Positions 1-9,601 of a stretch of 53,295 nucleotides of DNA are shown here, one piece after another; positions within the stretch are counted from its first letter, which is position 1; every line of letters begins with the position of its first letter. The stretch lies in the IMG/VR virus record IMGVR_UViG_3300021085_000042, positions 1 through 53,295 of that record. One strand, 5' to 3'. Both the position numbers and the translations under genes were made by a program. The notes below the pieces were generated by a model. The model worked only from the letters and a program-made list of their open reading frames with translations, did not search any database and was not told the DNA's origin. This DNA is from a virus. Its lineage: Duplodnaviria; Caudoviricetes.

Positions 1-1
1 G

Positions 2-241
2 TAAGATGTCTCGTTTTGCCACCATGAAGAACCTACTATCTTTGGACTCTTTTTCGATATTATCGTTGATCGTACAGTGATTATAGAAAGCACCTAAAGG
101 TGTACGCATCAGTCTATCACCCCAATAGAAGTGAGATAAGCCGATCTCTTGACCGGCTTCTATCTTTTCAACACACCATAGACCGAGTCCATGAATGTCT
201 GATTTCTTAATTGTCACACAAGAAGGCAATGGTGCGTACAT
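2..241 (-). CDS. SET-domain protein (putative lysine methyltransferase), 3' end outside window
   Basis: Not in ORF track; hand translation MYAPLPSCVTIKKSDIHGLGLWCVEKIEAGQEIG...GAFYNHCTINDN...FFMVAKRDIL shows SET motifs (S-x-IHGxGL, xxNH[S/C], A-x-RDI). Confidence 0.75.
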   Translation of the reverse strand, partial: MYAPLPSCVTIKKSDIHGLGLWCVEKIEAGQEIGLSHFYWGDRLMRTPLGAFYNHCTINDNIEKESKDSRFFMVAKRDIL

Positions 242-254
242 AGTATATTCCTTT

Positions 255-704
255 CTATCGTTTGATACCTTTAACGGTTCGAACTATTTTGCTCATAAGC
301 ATTTTAATTATTGTGAAGTGTAGCAGTCCATGACCGTACAACCAATGAAACGTGTGGTTCTTTTCTATAGCAGACTTTGGTCCAAACTTCTTAGTCCAGT
401 TGTCTACGTACTCGCCTTTATATCTTAGTACAGCATGAGTCATCTTTGTCTTGGATCGACCTACACCGCAGATACCAGCTTGTCTTGTGATAAGCATCCA
501 CCAAAGTCTAATATCAGATTGCCCACATAATTGCCATAGTACTGATAACGCATAGTCTTCGCAATCGCCTTCAAACTTACCAGACTCGCTTTCACTGCGA
601 ATGATGCACCAAGCGTCTGCCATACCATGTTGCTCTTTGTCGTATCGATACTTCCACTTTTTGTTGAAGTCTGATACTATCTTATCCCTTTCTTTGTTAG
701 TCAT
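255..704 (-). CDS. Transglutaminase-like cysteine proteinase (BTLCP-like)
   Basis: GDCEDYA and HAVL...DN motifs giving a Cys-His-Asp triad. Confidence 0.7.
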   Translation of the reverse strand: MTNKERDKIVSDFNKKWKYRYDKEQHGMADAWCIIRSESESGKFEGDCEDYALSVLWQLCGQSDIRLWWMLITRQAGICGVGRSKTKMTHAVLRYKGEYVDNWTKKFGPKSAIEKNHTFHWLYGHGLLHFTIIKMLMSKIVRTVKGIKR

Positions 705-1113
705 TTCTTAATCCTTTTACGTGTGTCCTATGTATTTTGCAATTTATAATTCCATTATAATATTCGTCTGACAGCAACACTTCTCTGTCAAACTGCTCTT
801 TTGCCTCAAGATAAGACATCTCTCCCTTTGAATCACATAGATGAATAATTTCTCTGTGAAAGGAATCTCTGCCGTTCTCTTCAAGTATTAGTTTTACTTC
901 TTCGCTAGATCCAAAGTAATCTTTCCAATCTGATTCTTTGACTACTTTTCTCTTGCGGGTCTTGCCCTTAAGTGGGGCTAGTCTTCTTGTAGAATTGAAT
1001 AGTTTCTTACCTACATATTTCTTTTTATTACTGAGGTCAGTAATGACATAAACAAATCCAACATACTCTTTGATCATCTCACTGGTGAACTCAACGTCAC
1101 CGTAATTCCACAT
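697..1113 (-). CDS. GIY-YIG-family nuclease-like protein
   Basis: GFVYVITD...KKYVGKK motif and late YYN; start moved to ATG 1113 (TAATG overlap with upstream small ORF). Confidence 0.65.
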   Translation of the reverse strand: MWNYGDVEFTSEMIKEYVGFVYVITDLSNKKKYVGKKLFNSTRRLAPLKGKTRKRKVVKESDWKDYFGSSEEVKLILEENGRDSFHREIIHLCDSKGEMSYLEAKEQFDREVLLSDEYYNGIINCKIHRTHVKGLRND

Positions 1114-1277
1114 TAGTCCCAAGCCTCTTCGTCTTCGTCCCAATCTTCTAACATATCTTCAATATGCTCGATTTCGCTACCGCAAATAGGGCAAAACAAT
1201 ATGGGGTCTTCCATATTTAAAGTTTCTACTGTACACTCGCTTTCGCAATGGTCGCAGAAAAGTTCCTGTCTTTTCAT
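1113..1277 (-). CDS. Small zinc-ribbon protein, 54 aa
   Basis: Hand translation MKRQELFCDHCESECTVETLNMEDPILFCPICGSEIEHIEDMLEDWDEDEEAWD; two CxxC; overlaps both neighbours. Confidence 0.7.
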   Translation of the reverse strand: MKRQELFCDHCESECTVETLNMEDPILFCPICGSEIEHIEDMLEDWDEDEEAWD

Positions 1278-1705
1278 AATTGGTCTACCTTTATGTTACA
1301 TTTTTGTAGAAAATGAACGCCACTTTCATCCCTATACTTATGCTTGTAATAAACCGTAGTTATTCCACTAGCATATATCATCTTAGCGCATTCGGTGCAA
1401 GGAGCGTGGGTAATGTACATTGTACCGTTTTCGCCACTCTCGTTTGATTTTGCTAACTTTGCGATAGCATTGGCTTCAGCATGGATTACCTCTGGTTTAG
1501 TTTTAGTGATAGGTGTGGCATTCTCGTCAAAAGCGCCAGTTAAGTCCTCACAAGTGTTAGTCCAACCAGAAGGCATACCGTTATAACCAATAGAGATGAT
1601 TCGATTATCTTTTACAACAATCGAACCAACTTTTAGTCTGACGGCAGTTGACAGAGAAGCGAACCTCTCTGCCGTATCCATGTAAGCACTCTGCCACTTA
1701 TCCAT
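1274..1705 (-). CDS. cd: dCMP deaminase
   Basis: GYNG, HAEANA and PCxxC zinc motifs. Confidence 0.92.
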   Translation of the reverse strand: MDKWQSAYMDTAERFASLSTAVRLKVGSIVVKDNRIISIGYNGMPSGWTNTCEDLTGAFDENATPITKTKPEVIHAEANAIAKLAKSNESGENGTMYITHAPCTECAKMIYASGITTVYYKHKYRDESGVHFLQKCNIKVDQL

Positions 1706-2709
1706 TAAGCAGGACAGCCTTGTCCATCAAGACCGCAAACTTCACCCTCAGATGTGTTTTCGTCCCAACCCCAATCGCCTTCCATGCCGTTAACTGAATA
1801 CTCAGTAACTCTCTTCTCAAAGAAGTTATCATGTGAAGCACCGTTGAGTACCCAATCTAGCCAGGGCATAGGATTCTCTTTTACGCCAAACTTAGGCTTC
1901 ATGCCTAACTGTAGCAATCTACGGTCAGCAATGTGTCGAATATACTGCTTTACTTCTTTCTCAGTAATACCTTCTTGATCTTTACCATCAAACGCTAGTT
2001 TGATAAACTTGTCTTCTAGTTTCACTGAGTTGGCAGCCATCTCATAGATTTTAGATTTCAACTCATCGTTTACGATACGTGGATGCTCTTCACAGAACTC
2101 ACGGAACAACTTAGCATTGCCTTGTACGTGCATAGTTTCGTCACGAATAGACCACTCAACAATTGTACCCATGCCTTTCATCTTACCGAAGCGTTGAAAG
2201 TTTAGTAGCATTACGAACGAGGCAAACAATGACATTCCCTCATTGAATACTGACTGTGCCACAACTAAGGCAAGACCTGTGTGAGTATTGATGTTACCCT
2301 CTTTCATAAAGTCTAGCTTATCTGCCATCTCAGAGTATTCAAGGAAAGTGTGAAACTCTTCGTCTGGTAGACCTAGCGTGTCATTCAGTAAAGCATATGC
2401 ACGTTGATGCACACCTTCACGATTGGCAAATGACGCAAGCATGTTGCGGATCTCATTATTCTTAAACTTTGGAATCATCAGTTCGTGATAGTTCTCACCA
2501 ACCTGTACATCTGACTGTGTGAACAATCGCAAAATTTGTGTTACGAAATCCTTCTCATCTTCACTCAGTTTTGTTTTCCAGTCTTGAACGTCTTCGCTCA
2601 ATTCTGCTTCGTCTTCTACCCAATGAATCTCTTCATGTTTTTTTGTTAGTTCTACTGCCCACGGGTACGCAAACGGGCGATAGCTTTTTGATAAATCTAA
2701 TAGTGCCAT
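1705..2709 (-). CDS. nrdB: Ribonucleotide reductase class I beta subunit
   Basis: Di-iron ExxH motifs (EGVHQRAY, RDETMH), NFFEKRVTEY. Confidence 0.95.
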   Translation of the reverse strand: MALLDLSKSYRPFAYPWAVELTKKHEEIHWVEDEAELSEDVQDWKTKLSEDEKDFVTQILRLFTQSDVQVGENYHELMIPKFKNNEIRNMLASFANREGVHQRAYALLNDTLGLPDEEFHTFLEYSEMADKLDFMKEGNINTHTGLALVVAQSVFNEGMSLFASFVMLLNFQRFGKMKGMGTIVEWSIRDETMHVQGNAKLFREFCEEHPRIVNDELKSKIYEMAANSVKLEDKFIKLAFDGKDQEGITEKEVKQYIRHIADRRLLQLGMKPKFGVKENPMPWLDWVLNGASHDNFFEKRVTEYSVNGMEGDWGWDENTSEGEVCGLDGQGCPA

Positions 2710-2742
2710 ACTTCTTCTTTCCTTTATATTTGTTATTTGTGT

Positions 2743-4731
2743 TTAGCCTTCACACGCTCTACACTCATCTCCCTCATCGAGGTCGACAGGCTTGTTTAAA
2801 AATTCCATCAATTCATTGTATCCACCAACATACTCACCTGAAATATAGATTTGTGGAACACTCTTGACATCTTTACGTCCAGTTACTTCTGCGGCTGTCT
2901 TGCCAATCTCTTTGAGGTCTATCTTATCATAAGGAATACCTCGTAACTTTAACTCTTCCATTGCCATAGAACAGAACGGACAATCTTTCTTAGAATACAC
3001 GATGGTACGCATATCTCCTGCTAGTGCTACTCGCTCGACTTTCTCACTAACATTCTCTGCACGTTGTTTTGCTTCTGTACGCAGATAATACAGACCTTTT
3101 AGACCTTCTTTCCATGCACGTAAATGTACTTGATTAACATACGATTTAGGTGCGCCTGATGGAAAGAATAAGTTCACAGATTGACCTTGACAGATATATT
3201 TTTGTCTGTCTGCGGCATGCTGTACAACCCAGTTTTGATCTAGTTCATCAGCAGTCTTGAAGATTGCCTTTTCGCCTTCTGTCAGGAAGGGCAGGTGTTG
3301 AACTGAACCTTTTTTAGTAATAATAGAAGTCCAATTAGTGTCATTGTTTTCTCCTTTGAGTTCAAGCACTTCTTCTAGATACTTGTTCTTCACTAAGAAA
3401 GAACCAGCACGTGTACGATGTGTGTATGCATTAGCTTTCAATGGCTCAATAGACGGAGACGTTGAAAGAATAACACCAGAACTAGCATTAGGTGCGATAG
3501 CAAGAAGATGTGAGTTTCTACGTCCACTGCCTACACCATCAAGATAGTCACCACGTTCTTCAGCAAGTTTCTCTGTCTCTTCTACTGCTTGTCTCTTAAT
3601 GTGATTGAATACTACATCGTTAATCTCTTTCGCTAGTTCAGACTCCCAAGCCACTTTGTGCTTCTGTAGAAGTGAGTGAAAGCCCATTGCACCGAGACCA
3701 ATACTACGTTCTCTGGCAGCCGAGTATTTTGCACGTGTAATAGTGTCAGGTGCATTCTCAATAAAGTATTCTAATACATTATCAAGCATACGAACCAAAT
3801 CTTTTACAATAGATGTATCTTTCCAATCATCATAATACTCTAAATTCAACGAAGATAGACAACATACCGCAGTACGTTCAGCAGATGTTGGAAGATGAAT
3901 CTCATTACACAAGTTAGATCCATTGATCTTCAGACCTAGATCCTTAAGAGGCTGAGGTAGATTATTGTTAGCAGTATCAATGAAGTTTAGATATGGCTCA
4001 CCTGTACGAAAACGAATCTCCATGATACGTTCCCATAGCTTACGAGCATCAACACTTTCTTTAACTTTGCCATCTTTCGGGTCTTTCAGATCCCAAGTAC
4101 CGCCATTACTTACAGCTTCCATGAATGCATCTGATACATTGATTGCGTTATGTAAGTTAAGTGCCTTGCGTTGAACGTCACCTGTTGGAATTCTCATGTT
4201 CAAGAACTCGATAATATCTGGGTGAGATACGTCCATATATGCCGCATAAGACCCCTTACGAGTCTTACCTTGACGATACGCAATCATATCAGCATCTACT
4301 GTATGTAAGAAGGGCATAGGACCAGGTGCAATATCGCTTACTGTACGAACATCAGACCAATGACCGCCAACACCACCACCGTAGACCGACAACCATCGCA
4401 ATTCAGCAGTATGATCAATTAGACCTTCTAGAGTGTCTGGTACATAAGTTAGAAAACAAGAGATTGGCATGCCTTTGCCTTGCTTAGATCCATTAGGAGC
4501 ATTTGATAATACGGGTGACGCAAACATGAACCATTTGTTTGATACATAGTTGTACAATCGTTGTGCTAAATCTTCATCCATATCATCTTTGTATTTTGAC
4601 CACGCAGTAGCGGCACGTTTGTATGCCTCTTGAGGTGATGATTCATACTCTGTTAAATAAAAATCCTTAAGCATACCTACAGCGTAGTTTGCTAAAAGAT
4701 CATCTTTACTCTTGTCTATTCTTATAGTCAT
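2743..4731 (-). CDS. nrdA: Ribonucleotide reductase class I alpha subunit with fused glutaredoxin domain
   Basis: ISCF, SNLCNEI, AIAPNASS, GLYYLR, then Grx (CPFC...SVPQIYISGEYVGG) and terminal CRAC; likely start MTIRIDK. Confidence 0.95.
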   Translation of the reverse strand: MTIRIDKSKDDLLANYAVGMLKDFYLTEYESSPQEAYKRAATAWSKYKDDMDEDLAQRLYNYVSNKWFMFASPVLSNAPNGSKQGKGMPISCFLTYVPDTLEGLIDHTAELRWLSVYGGGVGGHWSDVRTVSDIAPGPMPFLHTVDADMIAYRQGKTRKGSYAAYMDVSHPDIIEFLNMRIPTGDVQRKALNLHNAINVSDAFMEAVSNGGTWDLKDPKDGKVKESVDARKLWERIMEIRFRTGEPYLNFIDTANNNLPQPLKDLGLKINGSNLCNEIHLPTSAERTAVCCLSSLNLEYYDDWKDTSIVKDLVRMLDNVLEYFIENAPDTITRAKYSAARERSIGLGAMGFHSLLQKHKVAWESELAKEINDVVFNHIKRQAVEETEKLAEERGDYLDGVGSGRRNSHLLAIAPNASSGVILSTSPSIEPLKANAYTHRTRAGSFLVKNKYLEEVLELKGENNDTNWTSIITKKGSVQHLPFLTEGEKAIFKTADELDQNWVVQHAADRQKYICQGQSVNLFFPSGAPKSYVNQVHLRAWKEGLKGLYYLRTEAKQRAENVSEKVERVALAGDMRTIVYSKKDCPFCSMAMEELKLRGIPYDKIDLKEIGKTAAEVTGRKDVKSVPQIYISGEYVGGYNELMEFLNKPVDLDEGDECRACEG

Positions 4732-4744
4732 CTTTGGTTCCGTT

Positions 4745-5623
4745 CTAAATGGCCATCTCTGCTTTGATGGCACTTAATGGGTTATAATTATCTAGCTGGA
4801 AGTCAGAGACATCCAAGCCCAGTACTTCTTCAAGAGAAGAAAAGTCTTTAATGATATTCAGTGTGGGTAACTCTTGCGGGGTTCGCTGTAGTTGTGTATT
4901 CACTGCTTCATAGTGTGTAGTATATATATGTGCATCCCCAACCGTAAGTACGAAATCCTGTACTTCTAAGTTGGTTATTTTGGCTATAATATGAGTCAAT
5001 AAAGAGTAGCTTGCAATGTTAAAGGGTACACCTAAAAACAAGTCTGCGCTTCTCTGATACATCTGACAACTCAATTTTCCATTACTAACATAGAACTGTG
5101 CCAATGTGTGACACGGCGGCAAAGCCATCTTGTCGATCTGATTAGGATTCCATGCACTTAGAATCAATCTACGACTGTCTGGGTTTGTCTTTATCTCATT
5201 GATAAGCCACTCAATCTGATCAGTACCTTTAAGATGTGGCGCACTATTGTAAATCTCACCGCCAAAGTTTCTCCACTGAAAACCATAGACTGGACCTAAC
5301 ATTCCTTCAGAGTAGCCAAGTTCTTTGCCTTGATTCTCTGCATTGTCAGTCCAGATAGTTCTCTTCTCAGTTAGTTCTGATCTATCTTTTCCATAAGTTA
5401 TTTCTGCTAATCTACGCTCGTTCATAGAGCCTTCAAGAAACCATAGTAACTCACCGACAACTGACTTCCAAGCTAACTTCTTAGTTGTAACAGCCGGAAA
5501 GCCTTTTGTTAAGTCAAATCGCATCTGATACCCAAAGATACTTTTAGTACCCGTACCAGTGCGATCAGTTTTTTCCTCGCCTGAGGACAATACGTCTGCT
5601 AACGCTTTCAAATAAGTTTTCAT
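4745..5623 (-). CDS. td: Thymidylate synthase ThyA
   Basis: DRTGTGT, GPVYGFQWR, MALPPCH, YQRSADLFLGVPFNIASY (Asn marks dUMP specificity). Confidence 0.96.
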   Translation of the reverse strand: MKTYLKALADVLSSGEEKTDRTGTGTKSIFGYQMRFDLTKGFPAVTTKKLAWKSVVGELLWFLEGSMNERRLAEITYGKDRSELTEKRTIWTDNAENQGKELGYSEGMLGPVYGFQWRNFGGEIYNSAPHLKGTDQIEWLINEIKTNPDSRRLILSAWNPNQIDKMALPPCHTLAQFYVSNGKLSCQMYQRSADLFLGVPFNIASYSLLTHIIAKITNLEVQDFVLTVGDAHIYTTHYEAVNTQLQRTPQELPTLNIIKDFSSLEEVLGLDVSDFQLDNYNPLSAIKAEMAI

Positions 5624-6093
5624 AGTGATCTTCTATACTTTTCAATTCGTAAGTTCTTATCTACATCGTAGGATTTAAAGTATAGTTCAAAATCCACTAG
5701 ATCACTCATCTTAGTATCACAGTCATAGATGCCGTTGATGCGACTAATCCACACTTCTTCACACATGTACATTAGTTCATCAAACGTATGTTTACCGCCA
5801 ATGATCCAAATGTCTTGATTAAACTCTTTAATGTGCTGTTCTACTGATTTGACTGAATGTAATACTACATTAGGACCAGCTGGTATATTTTGAGATGATA
5901 TAACAATGTTGTAACGATTAGGAAGAGGCTTAGGCATCTTATGATCGTTCCACGTTCTTCTGCCCATAATTACAACATCACCGTCTGTACACTTTTTAAA
6001 CCACTTTAAATCTTCTGAGTTATGCGCCCATGGCAGAGTACCCGTCTTGCCAATTCCATTTTCTCTATCACATGCAAAAATTGCCCTAATCAA
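5620..6093 (-). CDS. frd: Dihydrofolate reductase
   Basis: GIG..GTLPW, DLKWFK, IMGRRTW, PLPNRYNIVIS, WIIGG. Confidence 0.94.
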   Translation of the reverse strand: MIRAIFACDRENGIGKTGTLPWAHNSEDLKWFKKCTDGDVVIMGRRTWNDHKMPKPLPNRYNIVISSQNIPAGPNVVLHSVKSVEQHIKEFNQDIWIIGGKHTFDELMYMCEEVWISRINGIYDCDTKMSDLVDFELYFKSYDVDKNLRIEKYRRSL

Positions 6094-6109
6094 TTCACCT
6101 CTCCATTCA

Positions 6110-7168
6110 TTAGCATTTTCTCCAATACATAAGTTGTAGTTTGCCCTCTAGACCAGAGAACGTATTATTATCTATAATTAACTCAAGTGAAGCTTGTGTT
6201 ACTCCAGTCATTATAACATCATTTATATCTTTCTGCAATACATTTTTAGGCCAAATACAAACTTTATAGCCTTTATCTAAACATTTTTCCATACGAGAAA
6301 CAATCTCTTTGTTTCGAGGTTCATTGTCAAATATAAAGACTGCATTCTCTGTGTTCTCAAGTCCTTTTGCATTACCGTCAGCGCCAGCCATAGCGACTGC
6401 ATTACTTAGAAACAGACTGTCGATAGGACCTTCTGCTACGTAGTATTTCTTAGTGAAGTCTACATCGTCTAGACCAAACACTTTAGGCATATTCTCATCG
6501 ATCATGATGGTGATGTATCTCAACTCATCATCACGAAACGATCTAGCATTGAAGCCAAACAATTCACCATTCTTATCTATGAATGGCATGATCAATCTGG
6601 CTCTATCGTTCTCTACAGTAGGAAGCTTGCCTGGAATGATCGAATTTACCCACTCATTAAATTTTGGTGCGTAGTATAATTTATATTGTTTCGATGCTGG
6701 GATCTGTCGTTTTTGCACATAAATCTTACCTTTATGCGAATAATTTAGCTGAGATATCTTTTTTATTTTGAGTAGAGGAGAACCCTTCTTTCTGAAGTTA
6801 GGCGCCTTCATCTGGAGCTTGTCGAGAGGCTTGATTGGCTCTTCTTTCTTCTTATCAAAGATTGCTCTCTTAGCGCCCATCTCTAGGGCAGAGTCAATGA
6901 TATACTCATTGTATAAACTGTTATCAACTGCACGTAAGAAGTTACGCATACCATGAGATGCGCCGCAGTTGTGGCAATAGAAGATTGCGTTGTTTTCTTT
7001 TTCAAGAATCCAACCACGTGCCTTTATCTTAGATTTTTGGGAATCACCACAGATAGGACAACGCATGTTTGCTCTATAAGGTGAGTATGATTTAATTGAA
7101 AATCGGTCGAGGCGAGTCGATAAAATGCCTGCGTACTTCAGGTCTGTAATATTCAAAAGAAACTCCAA
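6110..7168 (-). CDS. gp61: DNA primase (T4 gp61)
   Basis: RCPICGDS...CHNC zinc finger; TOPRIM EGPIDS and FDNEPRN. Confidence 0.93.
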   Translation of the reverse strand: MEFLLNITDLKYAGILSTRLDRFSIKSYSPYRANMRCPICGDSQKSKIKARGWILEKENNAIFYCHNCGASHGMRNFLRAVDNSLYNEYIIDSALEMGAKRAIFDKKKEEPIKPLDKLQMKAPNFRKKGSPLLKIKKISQLNYSHKGKIYVQKRQIPASKQYKLYYAPKFNEWVNSIIPGKLPTVENDRARLIMPFIDKNGELFGFNARSFRDDELRYITIMIDENMPKVFGLDDVDFTKKYYVAEGPIDSLFLSNAVAMAGADGNAKGLENTENAVFIFDNEPRNKEIVSRMEKCLDKGYKVCIWPKNVLQKDINDVIMTGVTQASLELIIDNNTFSGLEGKLQLMYWRKC

Positions 7169-7190
7169 TGTGTAATTAGACTATAGAACC

Positions 7191-7218
7191 ATTATACACT
7201 ATTGGTGTGTCCTGTCAA
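7191..7218 (-). promoter_or_regulatory. Sigma70-type promoter for primase
   Basis: TTGACA-N16-TATAAT on minus strand. Confidence 0.7.
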
Positions 7219-7224
7219 GACATT

Positions 7225-7680
7225 TTATTGCTGAATAGCAGGTAAAAGATATTCCATCTTAGCAATTAAGAATCCTACAACTGAAGCGCCACCTAACATG
7301 ACCCATTTCCACCTCTCTAGCTGAGTAATACGATCATTCATCTTAGTGATGTATTGCTCACTTCGATCATCATGTTCTTTAAGAAATGTCATGAGAGTGT
7401 TGTGGTGAAATTCTGCTGTTTCTTTGTTTTCAGCATCCTTCTCAGAGATTCGCTTGTGTAGCAAATCTACTTCTTTTTCTGCTAGTCTCTTACGCTCTAC
7501 GAGAGATGCTTCAGTGTCTTTGATTTCAGTTTCATGAACTGCAAGTATTTGTGAAATACCATTGGTTGCATCGGCAATCTTATCGATTGCGATATCAAGT
7601 CTACCTAATAGACCTTGTATATTAGATACGTCTTTCTTCAGGATCTCAACGTCTGTCCTGACAGTATTTAAATCGCTCAT
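7225..7680 (-). CDS. Coiled-coil protein with C-terminal membrane anchor
   Basis: Heptad-rich body then LERWKWVMLGGASVVGFLI. Confidence 0.6.
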   Translation of the reverse strand: MSDLNTVRTDVEILKKDVSNIQGLLGRLDIAIDKIADATNGISQILAVHETEIKDTEASLVERKRLAEKEVDLLHKRISEKDAENKETAEFHHNTLMTFLKEHDDRSEQYITKMNDRITQLERWKWVMLGGASVVGFLIAKMEYLLPAIQQ

Positions 7681-7683
7681 TTA

Positions 7684-8253
7684 TTAACCCTTGGTATTTG
7701 CGCCGAGTAAAGTCACTCGGTCTTTGAACCTTTTCACAACTGGAGAAGACTTCTTACGCTTCTTCTGTTGTGCTACACTAACACCGGGTTCGCCATCATC
7801 ACCAACGCCAATACCTGCAATGTTCCCACTGCCTGCAGAGTTCGCTGGAGCATCTTCTTCGAAAGCCCGTTCAAACAATTCATCAACATCTAATTGACTG
7901 TCTTCAACAAGGGTCATGTACTCGTTAAATTTTCTTTCAAGGTGCTCTTCCGTGAGCCAGCTTTCTCCTTGATTTAAGATTGTATTATATTCTTTGATTA
8001 AAAGAAGAGCCGCGGCGTAAGATCCAAGTCTTGTTTTGCCACCAGGTACTTTCTCAATGAGCCTCTTCAGTTTTGTGATCATTATGTCAAAAATGCCATA
8101 AGCATCCTTTTCTTCACGTGTAGTAAATTCTCTACGTTTTTTTAGTTGCTTACCTTTACCGTCGATGATGCCTAATTCATACGCCTTCCATTCGTTAAAA
8201 GGCGTAGCTAATCTACGGATAAATTGATATACTAAAAAAAGATCGACTATCAT
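7684..8253 (-). CDS. Conserved T4-like hypothetical protein
   Basis: YQFIRRLATPFNEWKAYELGIID; FEE-DAPANS resembles the gp23 LSE-AAPANS junction. Confidence 0.6.
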   Translation of the reverse strand: MIVDLFLVYQFIRRLATPFNEWKAYELGIIDGKGKQLKKRREFTTREEKDAYGIFDIMITKLKRLIEKVPGGKTRLGSYAAALLLIKEYNTILNQGESWLTEEHLERKFNEYMTLVEDSQLDVDELFERAFEEDAPANSAGSGNIAGIGVGDDGEPGVSVAQQKKRKKSSPVVKRFKDRVTLLGANTKG

Positions 8254-8624
8254 AATTCTCTTAACTCTTTTATAATTCTAAGGTCTAAAGGTATCTCGGA
8301 TGATATAATTTTCTTATCACTATATTCTACTACGTCAGGCATGAAAGCTAGGAAGACTACAAAAGGTTTTAAAAACTGATGGTAGTCTTCTAGTTTGTAA
8401 AATAACATAGTGGTCGCTGAATAACCAAAACAGTTATACAATACGGTTAGATGATTCAATATCAGTCTTACCTTTAAATCGTCATCGTCATCATATCGCT
8501 TAAACAATCTTTTCAGATGTTGAAATCGTTTAAGATCGTCATAAAATTCTTCCGAACTGGCTGCCATTCTAATATCATAGTATTTGGCAGCAAACAGAAG
8601 AAAGCTGTCTTCGTCAAGTTTCAT
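8250..8624 (-). CDS. Conserved T4-like hypothetical protein
   Basis: FLLFAAKYY...EFYDDLKRF...RLILNHLTVLYNCFG; late promoter upstream. Confidence 0.65.
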   Translation of the reverse strand: MKLDEDSFLLFAAKYYDIRMAASSEEFYDDLKRFQHLKRLFKRYDDDDDLKVRLILNHLTVLYNCFGYSATTMLFYKLEDYHQFLKPFVVFLAFMPDVVEYSDKKIISSEIPLDLRIIKELREL

Positions 8625-8676
8625 AGTTTATTCACCTTTAGTTAAGTATACCGAAGAGCTTTATTGCTCTCCAGTA

Positions 8677-8684
8677 TATTTATA
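8677..8684 (-). promoter_or_regulatory. T4 late promoter
   Basis: Intergenic TATAAATA. Confidence 0.75.
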
Positions 8685-8696
8685 ACTATCAGCGGA

Positions 8697-9566
8697 TTAA
8701 CTATCAGCGACTACAGCGTCATCTGCGCCATCAACACCAACGTCACCTGCAGTACCTGCGGCTACTTTCATCGGTACAATAACTTCTACAACATTGCGAG
8801 TTACTGCGCCAGACTTTGCGGTAAGAGTGTGAGCAGTACCTACACCAACAGCAGTCAAGTCTTTCAGACCTGTTGCACCTTTTGCTTTTGCGTTTGCCGC
8901 AGAAGTGTAAAGCTGAATCATGCCTGGACCAACATTACTTACGAAGTAGTCATCGCCGTCAGTCAAACCAGCAATTGCTGTTCCACCGTTATCGGCATAA
9001 GTCACTTCTTCGCCAGTTGCAAATGTTGCTTCGCTTCCACCACCTAGATGAATAACATCAGTAGCAATGTCAACTACACTTGCTTGTGTTGCATCGATTG
9101 TTACAGCAGTAGCGGGTACTGTCTTAGTATTGTACTCAACCCAACCAGGAGTCTGAAGACCCTTAGCACGGTTAGCGGCAATTCCTGCTTCTGTAGTATC
9201 TACAAAGTAGATATCATCAGGTACTTTAACTAAGTTATGCCCTGCGCCTACACCTAAACCAGTAAGTGATTTAAGACCTGTAGTTGCGTGACCGGCAACA
9301 GCTTGTGCTTTAGTGCCGTATAGTTTGATAGTATCAGCATCAACAACATTAACGAATACGGTAGCCGCATCAGTCAATCCAGTGATAACAGTTCCACCTG
9401 CGTCATTGTATTGTACAGCATCACCAGTTGTGAATCCGTGTGCTGAAATTTTAATTGTATTTGATGCTAGTACAACGACTGTGGCGCTGGTTGCATCAAA
9501 AATTGTAGTAGTTGCTTCCCACTTAGGCGCTGCCGCCAAAGTATCAACTGTTCCCCATAGTGCCAT
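8697..9566 (-). CDS. Probable virion structural/decoration protein with duplicated beta-rich domain
   Basis: Ala/Thr/Gly/Val-rich, MALWG start, two ~95-aa repeats (F.TG..V.Y...GGT.I.GLTD....FV......I.LY...TGLK.LT..GVG..H.L). Confidence 0.6.
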   Translation of the reverse strand: MALWGTVDTLAAAPKWEATTTIFDATSATVVVLASNTIKISAHGFTTGDAVQYNDAGGTVITGLTDAATVFVNVVDADTIKLYGTKAQAVAGHATTGLKSLTGLGVGAGHNLVKVPDDIYFVDTTEAGIAANRAKGLQTPGWVEYNTKTVPATAVTIDATQASVVDIATDVIHLGGGSEATFATGEEVTYADNGGTAIAGLTDGDDYFVSNVGPGMIQLYTSAANAKAKGATGLKDLTAVGVGTAHTLTAKSGAVTRNVVEVIVPMKVAAGTAGDVGVDGADDAVVADS

Positions 9567-9601
9567 TTTATTTCTCCTTTATTAATGGTTCTTTAATATA
9601 T

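Noticed and set aside
3010-3020. AGGAG before an in-frame ATG at the start of the Grx domain (internal start)
   Set aside because: SD-ATG spacing of only 2 nt is too short for efficient initiation
4745-5623. ThyA as a possible dCMP/dUMP hydroxymethylase supplying the glycosylation acceptor
   Set aside because: Canonical ThyA motifs including PFN, and coupled to DHFR
8683-8709. Direct repeat TAACTATCAGCG x2
   Set aside because: Short local duplication of a gene end; no att or mobile-element context
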